DNA of 63,751 bases, filler included, from Dugesia japonica (Eukaryota): assembly GCA_001938525.1 (NCBI GenBank). It is 5 parts of 5 records of this genome, joined end to end, with 100 filler letters (N's around TTAATTAATTAA, not from the genome) between each part and the next. Parts side by side here need not be neighbours in the genome. Positions count along the whole stretch, not along the records: positions 1 to 19,084 come from MQRL01629927.1; positions 19,185 to 28,985 come from MQRL01621352.1; 3 more parts are not named here. One strand, written 5' to 3'. The position numbers and the translations under genes are program-made. The first letter of the stretch is position 1. Each line of letters starts with the position of its first letter. Below the pieces are notes generated by a model. It was not told where the DNA came from. It made no database searches and was given only the letters and a program-made list of their open reading frames with translations. This document shows positions 12,601 through 26,550 of the stretch, one piece after another.

Positions 12601-14142
12601 TTGATATACGTACAGATCACAAAGCACTCAAATTTTTGAAGTCCACAATTTNATGCATGGTTAAGTGAATTATCTAGTTATGATTTTGATCTGAAATAAC
12701 GGAAGGGTGAAAATCATAACAATCCAGACGGATTATCTAAAATATTATTGAGCTATTGCTCTCAATGTCAAAGTGAACACGTAGAATGAAAAATAGAAAA
12801 GAGCAGAGTAAGATTTTTAAATGCAATTTTGTCAGAAGAATTTAATATTGAAACGTATCGTGCCGTTCAAGATGAGGATTCTGTTTTGGAAGCAATTAAA
12901 GTTTTTATTATGAAACCCTCTTTGATAGTACCAAAGTTAATCCAAGATTCTGTGTATTTTCATAAATTAGATAGGATATTGTTGAAAGATAATTTATTAT
13001 TAATAGAAAGTGAATATAAACAGAAGATAATCATTCCGTATACGCCGTATCCGTCGAGAGGTTTTTGGTACATATGTATAAAGAAATTTATCACTTAGGT
13101 GTTAAGAAAACTATAAATTATATTGATAGTCATTTCTTTTGGATAAACATGGTAACAGATACAAAGTCGATTATAAAAAATTGTGAGTCGTGTATGAGAA
13201 GGAAGACCCTAACATCAAAGACAACCGAATATTTAATACCAAGAAATGTTATGAACTCTATGGATCAAATCGTGATAGGTACTGAGCATATGAAGGAAAG
13301 CAGACGCCGTAATCGTTATATGGTCGTAATAATTGATCAATTTAGCAAGATGATTAGTTTAGGACCAACACAAAAACAAGATGAAAATAATATTCACCGT
13401 GTTATCTTACATCAATGGATTTACAAATTTGGAAAAACGAAATGGATTGTATTAGACAGAGGTAAAGTCTTCGAAAAGAATCAGATCAATGGTTTGGTTG
13501 ATAAATTTAATATTGAGTGGATTTTTACTTCACCATATGATCATAAATTGAACGGTTTAGCAGAGNNAGCAATTATGACGGTCCGAGATATAATTGTCAA
13601 TTTTTCATATGATGGACAAACATGATTGTGCTGGGACGAAATCATACCGAAAATTGAATATTTCATTAACTTAACGATACAAGAGTCAACAGGATTTTCT
13701 ATGATGGAAAAATATTTGGAAGTAAGATAAATATTCATGGCAAAGATCCGTACTTAAAATTGGATCAAGAACAAGTATTGTCAAAGGTACGCGGTAATCT
13801 TGAGATTTCAGCAGAAAGAATGAAAGGTAAAGCTGTTGAGAAGAAGGTGCACAGAGTTTTTGAAGTGGGACAGGAAGTTTTGGTAAAAATAGATCCTCAA
13901 AAGAGACGAAAAGATGGCAATATATATGAAGGTCCTGTAAAGATCGTTGCTTTTCCAACGGATCATAAAGTCGAACTAGAGTATCCAGAGGGAAGGAAAT
14001 ACAGAAGAATTGAATGGCTGAAAGAGTACCACAGTTCTTAAAGAAATGGAGAGTAACAATAAGATAATATTGTTGTAATTGTTTTATAATAAATTTTTGA
14101 AAAGCGTATTATTATTTAATATGTCAAGATGGTATTGTAACT
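9614..14142 (+). mobile_element. Near full-length decayed Ty3/gypsy element (family A), LTRs 9614-9714 and 14052-14142
   Basis: Gag (WLQSIEDF), CCHC knuckle CYCCGDPGHVRNNC at ~10611, degenerate protease, RT (SSLDLGQAYYQ, MPSGFSTAPATFQ, YLDD), RNase H (ELLAI, TDHKAL), integrase (HLGVKKT, IIDQFSK, NGLAE, YEGP). PPT AAAGAAATGGAG lies before the 3' LTR. Many stops and frameshifts. Confidence 0.95.
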
Positions 14143-15379
14143 GTAATTAATTAAGAATTACTGCCATGACTTATCATTGATCATCATTCATTATCAACTT
14201 ACATCCTTATAAATGGTCGTTAGCTCAATTATTACTAATAATGAGAACTACATCTTATTGAACAACCGGGACTCACTATAGAAAATTATTATTAACACTA
14301 TTTATTAAGGATCAATGCTATAATTATTATTGGCTAACATTGTTGAATAATGAATTGTTATTATGGGTAACTATTTATTACTGTCATCATTAACTATTAT
14401 TATCGTCTTATTCTTATTACTAATTTTACCGCCTTTATTAGATTAACATTACTAATTAGGGATTGCTTATTTCCGCTTATTTTAAGAGGAAGGTATAACT
14501 TTATTTTATGATTATAAATTATTATTATAAATCATTAAAATTGGAAAACATTAATTAAACATTACTATAATAAATTATTTATGGAAAATTCTAATTAATA
14601 TCATTAATTAATTGAAGTTTATTATGCAATTTTTATAATTACTAATCTCATTTCAATTAACAAAAGAAATTCGATTAAGGAAAATTGGATTATTATTACT
14701 AAAATTCTATTAATTACTAAATTGTAAATTACATTTATTAAACAAAGACTAACTTGAGTCATCCATCGATCTGGAGCAAGCACCTGATTTGATTGAAATT
14801 GCTATGACGACTGGATTGTATTAATTCCATCTGACAACCATTGTTTATCTTATGTTTACTAGTGCGCAACTAGTTATCTTATCACTAATTCAATTGATTG
14901 TTATTGATGCATTAATTTAGTCTGCCAATATTTGTTTATTTTAGACGCACTCAGTTACCACTAGTCATCTTATGACTAATCCTCTCATTCATTTTTAGTT
15001 ACTATAACGACCGGGTTATATTAATTTCTCTTATTATTTTCTCTTCGGCTAAGTCGGAAACGGTTGCCAAATAATGCAATCAATTGATTACCGTTTTTTA
15101 AATTGAGTTTTTCTAGTCAGAGTTTGATTTCAGATCTTAAAATAACTGTAAAATTAAAAATTAAGGAGTTAGTTTGCGACCAATGAGAGATCAGTGTGAT
15201 CAAATCATTCTTATCGGATCTTTGAATTTGTAATTTTTATGACATTTTATTTGATAAACATTTTTATTGGTTATTATGTGAAGAGTAGATTGTGCACGTG
15301 TGTCTAATACTATTTAAACAAATGTAAATAATCATAAAATTTGGTAGAGATCACTGTAGAGAAACACGATTAACCATGT

Positions 15380-16960
<1,581 letters not shown>

Positions 16961-17698
16961 CTCTGCACGATTACTCAATGTTCACATGATATGACACGCT
17001 TTAAATAAATTTCACGAATTTATTTCACAACCTAATATATCGTAATACAAATTATTGCATATTTAAAATCAAATATTCTAAGTATAAAAATGAAATTTTA
17101 TTCGTTTTAATATTGTTATTTTTTGTGCGAAATATAACTTTAAACCTTATAATTTTAGTTCTTATTATTCAATGATCAGGTTTATTTAACAAAAAATTGA
17201 TTACATAATGTGGTATAAAAACTCGAAAAATAACGGTAATCTTTTGAAATAAATAATTGACAACCATTTTTTAAAATATTTATTTGCTATCAATNNNNNN
17301 NNNNNNNNNNNNNNNNNNNNNNNNNNNNNNNNNNNNNNNNNNNNNNNNNNNNNNNNNNNNNNNNNNNNNNNNNNNNNNNNNNNNNNNNNNNNNNNNNNNN
17401 NNNNNNNNNNNNNNNNNNNNNNNNNNNNNNNNNNNNNNNNNNNNNNNNNNNNNNNNNNNNNNNNNNNNNNNNNNNNNNNNNNNNNNNNNNNNNNNNNNNN
17501 NNNNNNNNNNNNNNNNNNNNNNNNNNNNNNNNNNNNNNNNNNNNNNNNNNNNNNNNNNNNNNNNNNNNNNNNNNNNNNNNNNNNNNNNNNNNNNNNNNNN
17601 NNNNNNNNTTGAACTCTGGTGCAGAGATGACAGGAAGTCTCTCCAATGTATGTGGCGTTACACCCATTACATTTAAATTGATTCAGATTTTAAAATTC

Positions 17699-18175
17699 TG
17701 TGCAGTAGATTTAAAATAAAATTTATTGTTATATATATAATGATTTTGTAAATATTAAATTAATTTTTTTAGATGTTCTAAAACGGATTTTAAATGATAA
17801 CGATGAGTTTAAAAATAATACATAGGGCTCTTAATAAAAGATAAGATTATCGGCAATCAATATAATTTCGAAATCTAAAACAGACTATTGCTCACGTCCA
17901 CTGGAACCGAGAGAAGAAGAGGTTACAGCACTCGGGTACAGATTAGGGTCATCGGAATCTCTTTGACAGTGGACATGTGCGTCCGACGTCAAAATGCTTG
18001 AGGTCTTATGAGATAAAGCCCACAGACCAAAAACGAAATCGTGGAAGCCCAACAATTATTTGCTTTCTCATTTAATGTGTATGAATTTTTTATGTAATAT
18101 TGTATATTTGGTTATAACAATAAACCACATTAATCCCAGCTTTTGCGTTGATTGGGAAACCGAAATCGAATTACA
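17699..18175 (+). mobile_element. Solo LTR (477 bp) with 5-bp TSD AATTC
   Basis: TG...CA termini, AATTC at 17694-17698 and 18176-18180, AATAAA at ~18119. Confidence 0.75.
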
Positions 18176-21100
18176 AATTCAGAATTATTATTTTGTTGTT
18201 GAATACGTACTTCGATCAAATTTAAGATATTAATTCAAGTATTGGTATTTCCATTTCTTGGGTTTTCATTTGTGATTAATTTCATTTTTCTTAATTTGTC
18301 AATTAATGATTTTAGTATCTAAATTATTATATCCTGATTTCTTTGCTAAATATGACTTACTAACTCAGCGAATAAAAATATCAGTTCATTTTGAGAACTG
18401 GAATTATTGGTTTTTTAAACTGGAACTGGTTTAACTGAATCAAAGTTTTTATGTGGATCAAGATTTAGAATCAGTTTATCATTCAATTTCAGGTTTTGTT
18501 GGAATTGGTTTTTATCTTGCTAAACTTGGAGTTATACGAATTTCTTTTTTCTCATGGAAGTATTGTTTCATATTTTGAAAACGTTCCATTATTTGAATCT
18601 GGTTTTAAAAAAATGATAAATAAATGTTACATACTTCTGTTATTTGATCCATAACCTAAATTAGTTTATCTATTCCATCTGTATACGGACATCATTCATC
18701 ATAGTTACGATTTTTTATTNTTTTTAAAATGAGAAATAAATGTAGCGTAACTTATGTATATATTATAAATAAACTTTATATTATAAAGTATTAGTTTCTC
18801 GAATAATCGGTATTAGTATTGGAAAGAACATGATTTGTGGATTTGTCTTTACTAATTTTAAAATAAGAATAGCTATTAACCAGTTAACTGCGATAAACGT
18901 GTATACAATTCTTGGTTAGGATAGATTTGATGTGTAAATACTTTCTGTAAAATTAAAAATTATCATTCGATAAAAACACTCAAAATTTCAGTAAGATTTA
19001 TTATTTTCCTGATGCATCTGATATACTTTATTTGTATATCGTGATTTCTCTGTACATTAATCATTATTAAACAGTTGCAATAAANNNNNNNNNNNNNNNN
19101 NNNNNNNNNNNNNNNNNNNNNNNNNNNNTTAATTAATTAANNNNNNNNNNNNNNNNNNNNNNNNNNNNNNNNNNNNNNNNNNNNTGTGATTGATTACCTT
19201 TTGGATAACCTTTGACCCTATGATGTTATAAAAATGTTTTATTTCTATGTATGTGTATCATTAATTGATTTTAAATAATATAAACGAAAAGTAAATTGTT
19301 CAAATTATTGACAGTGAATGAATATTGATAAAATTATAGATAGTATGGTGGAGTATATCGATATTAATTATTCAGTTTCCAAGGAAACAGTTAAAGTAGA
19401 GAAAGAAGTTGACTTGGCTGATATTTTACTTGAAAAATTAACGATTCGTGACATAACCAATGATCAAAGCAATAATATGAAGTATTTTATTAATTATTAT
19501 TTCAATAGTTAAATGTATTTATTTTGAGTGTGTCAAAACAAATCAGTAAAATATCATCCAACTCATATGTGTTCAATAATGATTAACTATTTATTGAAAT
19601 AAATCTTATTATATCAATAATGTCTTTATTTTTAAGTAAAATGAACTTATATTTTTTTAGAGCTTTTAAATTCTGAGTTGAATTGTTTAAAAATACATTA
19701 AAAGTTATTATTAATTTAATTATAATTGTAATTTATAATTAATTATATAATTAAATATTATTTCTTGAACGAAGCATTTTCATACAACAAACCCTATATG
19801 AAATAGGTTCAGTTTTTATTCCGAGTTCAACAATATCAAATTTGTTTGCTTATCATAAGTATTTACCCGAGTAAATAATTTATTTTATCCAAGGTAGAGC
19901 ATGGTAACCAGTCATTATCTATCTTTTAAACCAAGCATATTTATTCAACAAACCNNNNNNNNNNNNNNNNNNNNNNNNNNNNNNNNNNNNNNNNNNNNNN
20001 NNNNTATATAGAATATGTTTAGACTTTTATTCTAAATCAAATGCTATCATTTTCAGACTCGTGTGATAGGTTGTGACATAGAAATTTAAAAAACAAGTCA
20101 AAGCGTTCCTGTTCGCCACTAACTTTTCTCGGAGAAGTTTTGTACAGCAAACCCTATACAANCAAAATGTTCAGAATTTTATTCTTAGTTCAAAGATACC
20201 AAATTTCTAATTGTACAATAAAAATTCGCCAAAAAATTTAATTCCAAAAATTCAAATTTTCGAACTTTCTGACTAAAAATTTGACAAAAATCAAAATCGA
20301 AAGATTTTTAATGTGTTTTTATCGACCAATTAAAATGCTCAAATTTTCCGCACATTTTTCAACACAGTATAGTTTAGATGATTACGTAACTGATCCATTG
20401 GGCTCATAACCACCTACTTCGAGTATTTAAAAATCTGGATGGGAAGTTTTAAATTTTTTTATATTTATTCTTCTCAAATTTTATCATCAGAGTATTTATT
20501 CGATATATAATTTTACGCTGATTAAGAAGATCATAAAAATCGCCAAACGTTATCCATAATGAAATACATTGAGTCAAATTATGATATTGATGTGTGGAGA
20601 CTCGTCTTTAAATTTACCTACAACCAAATTCAAGTCATCTTTAAAATGTGGGTTGTGTGTCCAATAATTAGAAGTATCCGAAAACTTATCTCGTACCATT
20701 AAGCCTATCAATTTATCTAATTTAATATTTTTTAATTTATGTAAAGAAATTGTCTGTCTCCCAAAACAATACTTATAAAATAATTCTTATCCTTACGATA
20801 TTTTTCTAATTCAATATACTATAGTTGGTAAATATTGTAAATAGTGAACATACATATTTGTATATATTAGACAAATCAAATTAATATTACACAATATTAC
20901 TCGGACGATCCTAACAAATAACGTAGTTATTAAGCTGGACAGCAATTAAGTCATTGTCAATTTTAAAATTTTTCTAAAGCTCGATTTTGAAGTCAAGTTT
21001 CTTTGCAGAGTTCCAAAGTTTTATATTTATTCGAATTTTCAAATTTTCAACATTCTTACTGTAAAGAATATTATTGAGCAACTTATAATATTTTTTTTCT

Positions 21101-21271
21101 AACTCATTTTACTTTCTAACTTTAATGCAGCGTTTCCATTCCAAAAACCGTAAAGATATAATCTTGGTTAAATTTTTTTATCATGTACAGCTCTACAACA
21201 CAGTGAAGTAACCTTACATTTATTACATTACATTAGTATTACATTTTGTCTAGTGTGATGTGTTAATAATA

Positions 21272-24200
21272 AGTATATAGATAGGTCCGCGCGGCCTCAC
21301 TACCCTCCGGGGGTTTAAATTTATAAGGCTTAAATTTGATTGACTTTACACATGTTTCTAGAGATTTGATTGGTCGAACATTTAGGTGTCTGATTACGTA
21401 ATTACAGGGGGTAGAAACGTTTTTTAAGTTTATATTTGATTGGCCGCACACATGTTTCCAGCTATTTTTTGGTCAAATGTTTTTGTATGTGTTGATTACG
21501 TAATTATGACGTAATAAAATGCATAGCCATTATGTATTAATTTGGTTTTTATTGATGAACTTTTATTATTGCTTGTTTAAATTAAGTCAAATTATTTATT
21601 TTTGTTTAAATTAAGTTAAGATAATTATTTTTAAAGTAAATTTAGCAAAATTAGAGATTTTTTGAATTTCAATTACATGAAATTAATGAATTTTAAAGTA
21701 AAATCCACTCGGTCATGTTAAAATTAGTCATACCGAGAAATATTAACATCAATATTAGTCGTTCCAGGAAAAATTAGAATTAGTAGTTTCTTGAGTAATA
21801 TTGATATTAAAAGATTTACATGAGATTTTTGTTTAAATTAAGTGAAATTAATTATTTAATAGGTTTTTTCATGGAAAATCGTTAAAATTAACTAAAATGT
21901 TAAAATTTTTAGATAGTTATCAATAGGTAGATAGTAGTGCCACGGCACAATTCACACCCCCTGCACCTCGATGGGAGCTCGGATTGGGCTAAGACTTTGT
22001 GCTATGATTTTTTGGGAAGTTTTATTTCTAAGAATTTTGGGATCAAAAAACATTTGATCGTGAAAGTCTGTGTGTGTATTTTTAATTTTTAAAATTTGTG
22101 TTTTTTGGTTGCTAAGGGGGTTAATTTAAAGTAGGTCAAGTTAATTTTGTGTGTATGAGTATGTGTGTGTGTAAGAAGGAATTTGCGCTCAAGGGAGTGC
22201 TGGAGATCTTGGGAATAATTTTTTGATGATTTTTAAGATTTGGTTGTGGTTGGACAAGATTTTTGGGATCAAAATTTTTTTATCAGATCAGAAATTTTTG
22301 TGTTTTAATTTAAAGTAGGTTAAGTTGAGTCTGTGTGTGTGGAATAGTGTAAATGGACTCGAGGGAGGTCACGAGATCTTGGAAATAATTCTTTCAGGAG
22401 TTTTATGATATAGTTGTGGTTGGACGAAAATTCTGTTTATACAATGTCTAAAGAACATGAGGAGTGGGATGGATGGTTTGATCTACAAAGGATAGTGGTG
22501 CCATGGCACAGGCGTCTGAGTTATCGTGGGGTATTTTTGGAGGGTGTATGTTTGTAGGGGGTTATTGGATTTTGGTGGTTGATGGGTTGTTTGAAAGGTA
22601 ATGTGATGGGGAAAATGTAGGATATTGATTGTGCTTTAATTTCTGATTTGGTGTAGTTGAATTTGATTGCTTGATTTTTGTAAGTAGTATAAGTGTGTTA
22701 AAAAAATTTCTGGAGGGTGAAAGTGTTATGAGTTGAAAGAGAATTAATTATTGGATTTTAAAAGATTTATTTGAAATTTTTCTGCCAGGTCGTTATGAAA
22801 ATAATTTTTTTAAATGTTAATTTGGTTTAAAATGCTATATTTGATTAAAATGATGAATTAGTTGAAAATAATGGTTTTTTTGTAAAAATTATGTATTTTT
22901 GAGTTATTTTTGAGTATTTTTGTATGGAAAGGAGTGTTTTTTATATTTTTTAAAGAATGAGGTTTTGAAATTTTTGAAGGGAAATTTTAAAAAAAAATTT
23001 GGCGGAAAATTTAAAATTTTATATTTTGGCGAGAAATTCAAAAAAAATATTTTTTGGAGGAAAATTTAAAAAATTATTTTTTGTAGGGGCGAATTTAAAA
23101 TTGTTCTTAGCAGACTTTATATTTATGTATGGGATGGGCAGTCTTGATATTTATCGTGGGATGAGTGGAGACTCTATATTTTGCATGGTATGAAGGGAGT
23201 CTCTATATTTTGCATGATATGGGGGAGTATAAAATTCCCAGGCACGTGATTTCCATTGTATGTGTGTTGCAGTTGTGTTGCATCTGAGATGCATACCTAT
23301 TGAATTTATTAAAGATTTATTTTAAAAAATCAATAAATATATACAGGCATGTAATTTTCAATGTATGTGTGTTGCAGCTGTGTTGCATCTGAATTGCATG
23401 CCTATTGCATTTTTAAAAAAATTTATTAAAAAAAGATCAATACAAATTTCCAGGCACGTGTTGCTGTATTGCATTCATATTGCATCCCTATTGCATTCAT
23501 TATTTAAAAACATTGAGGTAGTTTTTATATTTTGTAGTATACGGGTCAGTCACGATATTTTTGCAAGAGTTGGTCAGTATTGATTTTTTTATGAAGTCTT
23601 GATATTATTGCAAAAAAGTGGGCAGTTTAAAATTTAAATTTAATTAAAATGGTAATAATCAAAGACGGGAGTCTCTGTGATATTTACATGATAAAATATG
23701 TTGGCGTCACAATTTTCTTATAAAAAACATGTTATTGATGCAATTTTCCATTAATAATCATTTTAGTGATGCAATGTTTTTTTCTATAAAAACATATTAG
23801 TAGTGACAATTTCTAATAAAAACATATTAGTAGTGACATTTTTTTATAAAAACATATTAGCTGAGAACTTTTCTTTACAAAATTTTAAAAACAACTTTTT
23901 TCAAAAAAATCATAAATTCATGGAAACGTTTTAATATAACTAAAATGTCTATATAAAAATTTATAAGAAAATATTTTTATGATTGTATAGGGTTTAAAGT
24001 GTATTATTTGCATAGTTACTTTGTATTATTTACATAGCAACTGTATATTATCATGCTTATGAGTGTATTATTTACATATTAACGGTGTAATAAGAGGTCA
24101 CCATGCAAAATGCATGCTCGCGTCATGCACAATGTTTGCTCTCATCATTTTCATGAATATATGATTTTAGATAACAAATCATATCATTTAAAACAAATTA

Positions 24201-24800
24201 CAGCCAATCATATAAATCAAAATGAATAATAACCATCCATTTCTATTCATAACAAAAAGAGAGTATGCATGTATCGCAGTTAGTATATAAACAGTAGGTT
24301 TTGTAAAAAAGTCACTTTTACAATTTAAAGTTATTATCAAAATGAATCAAGTCAAAAAAGAAATTAAAAAATTTACAGATGCAATTACCAGTGGATCCGT
24401 TGACGAAATGAATCTAGTGGAAAGAGAAATTAAAAAATTGACAGATGAAATTACCAGTTCACGAAATTCAATTCCTAAGCAGGATCAACAATGGTCTATT
24501 GAGTAAATATGACTATGTTGAACTCATTGTTCGATCAAATTTCATCGACAAAATTATGGAAGAATTGAAAAAGCAAAAGAGAACTATATTTTTGTTGTAA
24601 TTCTATTGAAATCCACTGTGTTTTTTATTTGTTTAGTCGGAATTGATAGTAAATAATTTTATAACTGTATATGGTTTATGAGTGTATTACTTACTTAGTA
24701 ACCATGTAATATAGGGTTTATTTACATAGTACCAATGCAAAAATTAAATAGATAGTTTGAAATTATAGCAAATTTAATAAATAGAGTACTTTTTTTATTA
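21272..24800. repeat. Probable Polinton/Maverick terminal and subterminal non-coding region with internal subrepeats
   Basis: Starts AGTATATAGATAG followed by a GC-rich patch. Contains duplicated blocks (~22020-22440, ~23240-23480) and abuts the Polinton coding remnants. Confidence 0.4.
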
Positions 24801-24839
24801 TTATTTAATAAAATGAACAAGATTTCTTTTTTCAATAAA

Positions 24840-25060
24840 ACATATATTTCGTACACTATAAATACCAGCAAATGAAAATTTCATTTGTAATGTTGCTTCT
24901 CTTTTAATAAACAGTGTTGTCACTCAAGTAAACAGCTATCTAATGTTCTCCATATAGATATGATGTATGAGTATCCTCGAGTAAGGTAATGTTTACAAAA
25001 AATACTGATCCAAGTAGCTTTGATGCACTCTGTTCAATCTGAATAGAACTAATAAATTAA
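24840..25060 (-). pseudogene. Polinton adenovirus-type cysteine protease remnant
   Basis: Minus translation contains ...THTSYLYGEH*IAVYL (consensus GEHWVAxY) directly downstream of the capsid remnant. Confidence 0.5.
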
Positions 25061-25099
25061 ACAATAAATTAAACAATAACTATTACTTTATTGAAAACT

Positions 25100-25365
25100 T
25101 TACACCAATAATGTTCCATTGTCTTTAATTTGAATTTCCTTTTCAAATACTCCATAAATGAGAACTATGCTGATGTTGTTAAAGCTTTGGCAAACTTGAT
25201 ATCCAATCTCAAATTTCCTTGTTGAGGTAATTGACTTTTATTTATATCAAAATCTGGAGAGAGAACAAAAGAAGAGATAATAGTCCTTAAAATCACGAAG
25301 TGCTATTCCACAATTCATATTCTTATCCAAATATTCCATATTTCTTACAATAGATTGCATACATG
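25100..25365 (-). pseudogene. Polinton/Maverick major capsid protein (PY) C-terminal remnant
   Basis: With frameshifts: NCGIALRDFKD..SFVLSPDFDI..LPQQGNLRLDIKFAKAL..LIYGVFEKEIQIKDNGTLLV*, resembling the PY C-terminal pattern FDLTPD...GxLRLExxF...VYxEFxxxIEI. Confidence 0.7.
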
Positions 25366-25829
25366 TTGTGGAATAAGTATAGAATACTAGCGCACTGAAC
25401 CAAGGCTGACTGACAAAACCCCCACAGCGGTTCAGTACCTTTTAAGTGTCTGCATGGTTTACTATTTTTACCTGTTTTTTATAATTTTTGATTGGCTGAG
25501 TATTATATTTTTTACCTGTTTTTAAAGGTTTTGGCTATTTAATTTGGCTACAGGTCACATTTGACCGTTGGTACACAACTTTGACTGTTAGTTCACTAGT
25601 TTTGACTACTTTTTTGTCTGTCTATTTTGACTAATGTATAATTTTGACTGGTGCCGCAGCTTTGCTAAAGTATCTATTAAACTAAATTGTAACCAGAGCT
25701 TCGCTGAGGTAAAATTGAGCCGCCGCCTGTGGCATGTTCAGACTGACTGAAACAGCTAAGCTATGCTCAATTTTACAGATGATCATGGCTTTGCTGTGCT
25801 TATTTATCTAGTTAATATGGGCATTATTT

Positions 25830-26360
25830 GTAATAAGTTGATAAACATGTCTATCATGCTTACTAAATTTTACGGTATACCATTAAAACCTTTTAAGGTC
25901 TATTGTAACCAAGACAATATAGGTATCATCCAAACCGTAATGAGTTAGTGAACATTCTTAGTATGATAAATTAACTCTATAGTGAACCGTTCTAGACCCT
26001 TTAAAAATTATTTTTATACATAAACATAGATATCGTTCAAACCGTAATGAATTGGTGGACATTTCTATTATGTTAAATCAACCTTATGGTAACCTATTCA
26101 AGACCCTTTAAAATTTATTGCTACCAAATCAATATGGGTATCTTTCAAACCGTAATGTGATGGACATTTCAATCATGCTAAATTAGCCCTAAGGTGAACC
26201 ATTAAAAACCTATGAAATGATTCAAGACCTTTTAAAATTTATTTTTATACATCAATATTAGTATCATTCAGACCGTAATGAGTTGGCGGACATTTTTAGT
26301 ATTGTAAAGTCTTATGAATAACCAATGAAAACCCTTGAAACCATTCAAAACCCTTTAAAA
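25830..26360. repeat. Degenerate ~107-124-bp tandem repeat (about 5 units)
   Basis: ACCGTAATG recurs near 25934, 26041, 26149 and 26273, each followed by (A)GACCCTTTAAA-like blocks. Confidence 0.8.
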
Positions 26361-26383
26361 TGCAGTATTATTACTATTAATAC

Positions 26384-26439
<56 letters not shown>

Positions 26440-26489
26440 NNNNNNNNNNNNNNNNNNNNNNNNNNNNNNNNNNNNNNNNNNNNNNNNNN

Positions 26490-26549
<60 letters not shown>
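26384..26549. repeat. (ATT)n microsatellite spanning a gap
   Basis: Direct reading. Confidence 0.95.

Positions 26550-26550
<1 letters not shown>

Noticed and set aside
18875-18910. TTAACCAGTTAACTGC piggyBac-like terminus
   Set aside because: No partner TIR or transposase found; gaps follow.
19129-19140. TTAATTAATTAA islands between N runs (also 29030-29041, 40298-40309, 54876-54887)
   Set aside because: Identical all-frame-stop 12-mer always flanked by Ns; an artificial scaffolding linker, not biology.
25830-26360. Regularly spaced ACCGTAATG motif as a CRISPR-like array
   Set aside because: The intervening sequences are homologous to each other (tandem repeat), the context is eukaryotic, and there are no cas genes.
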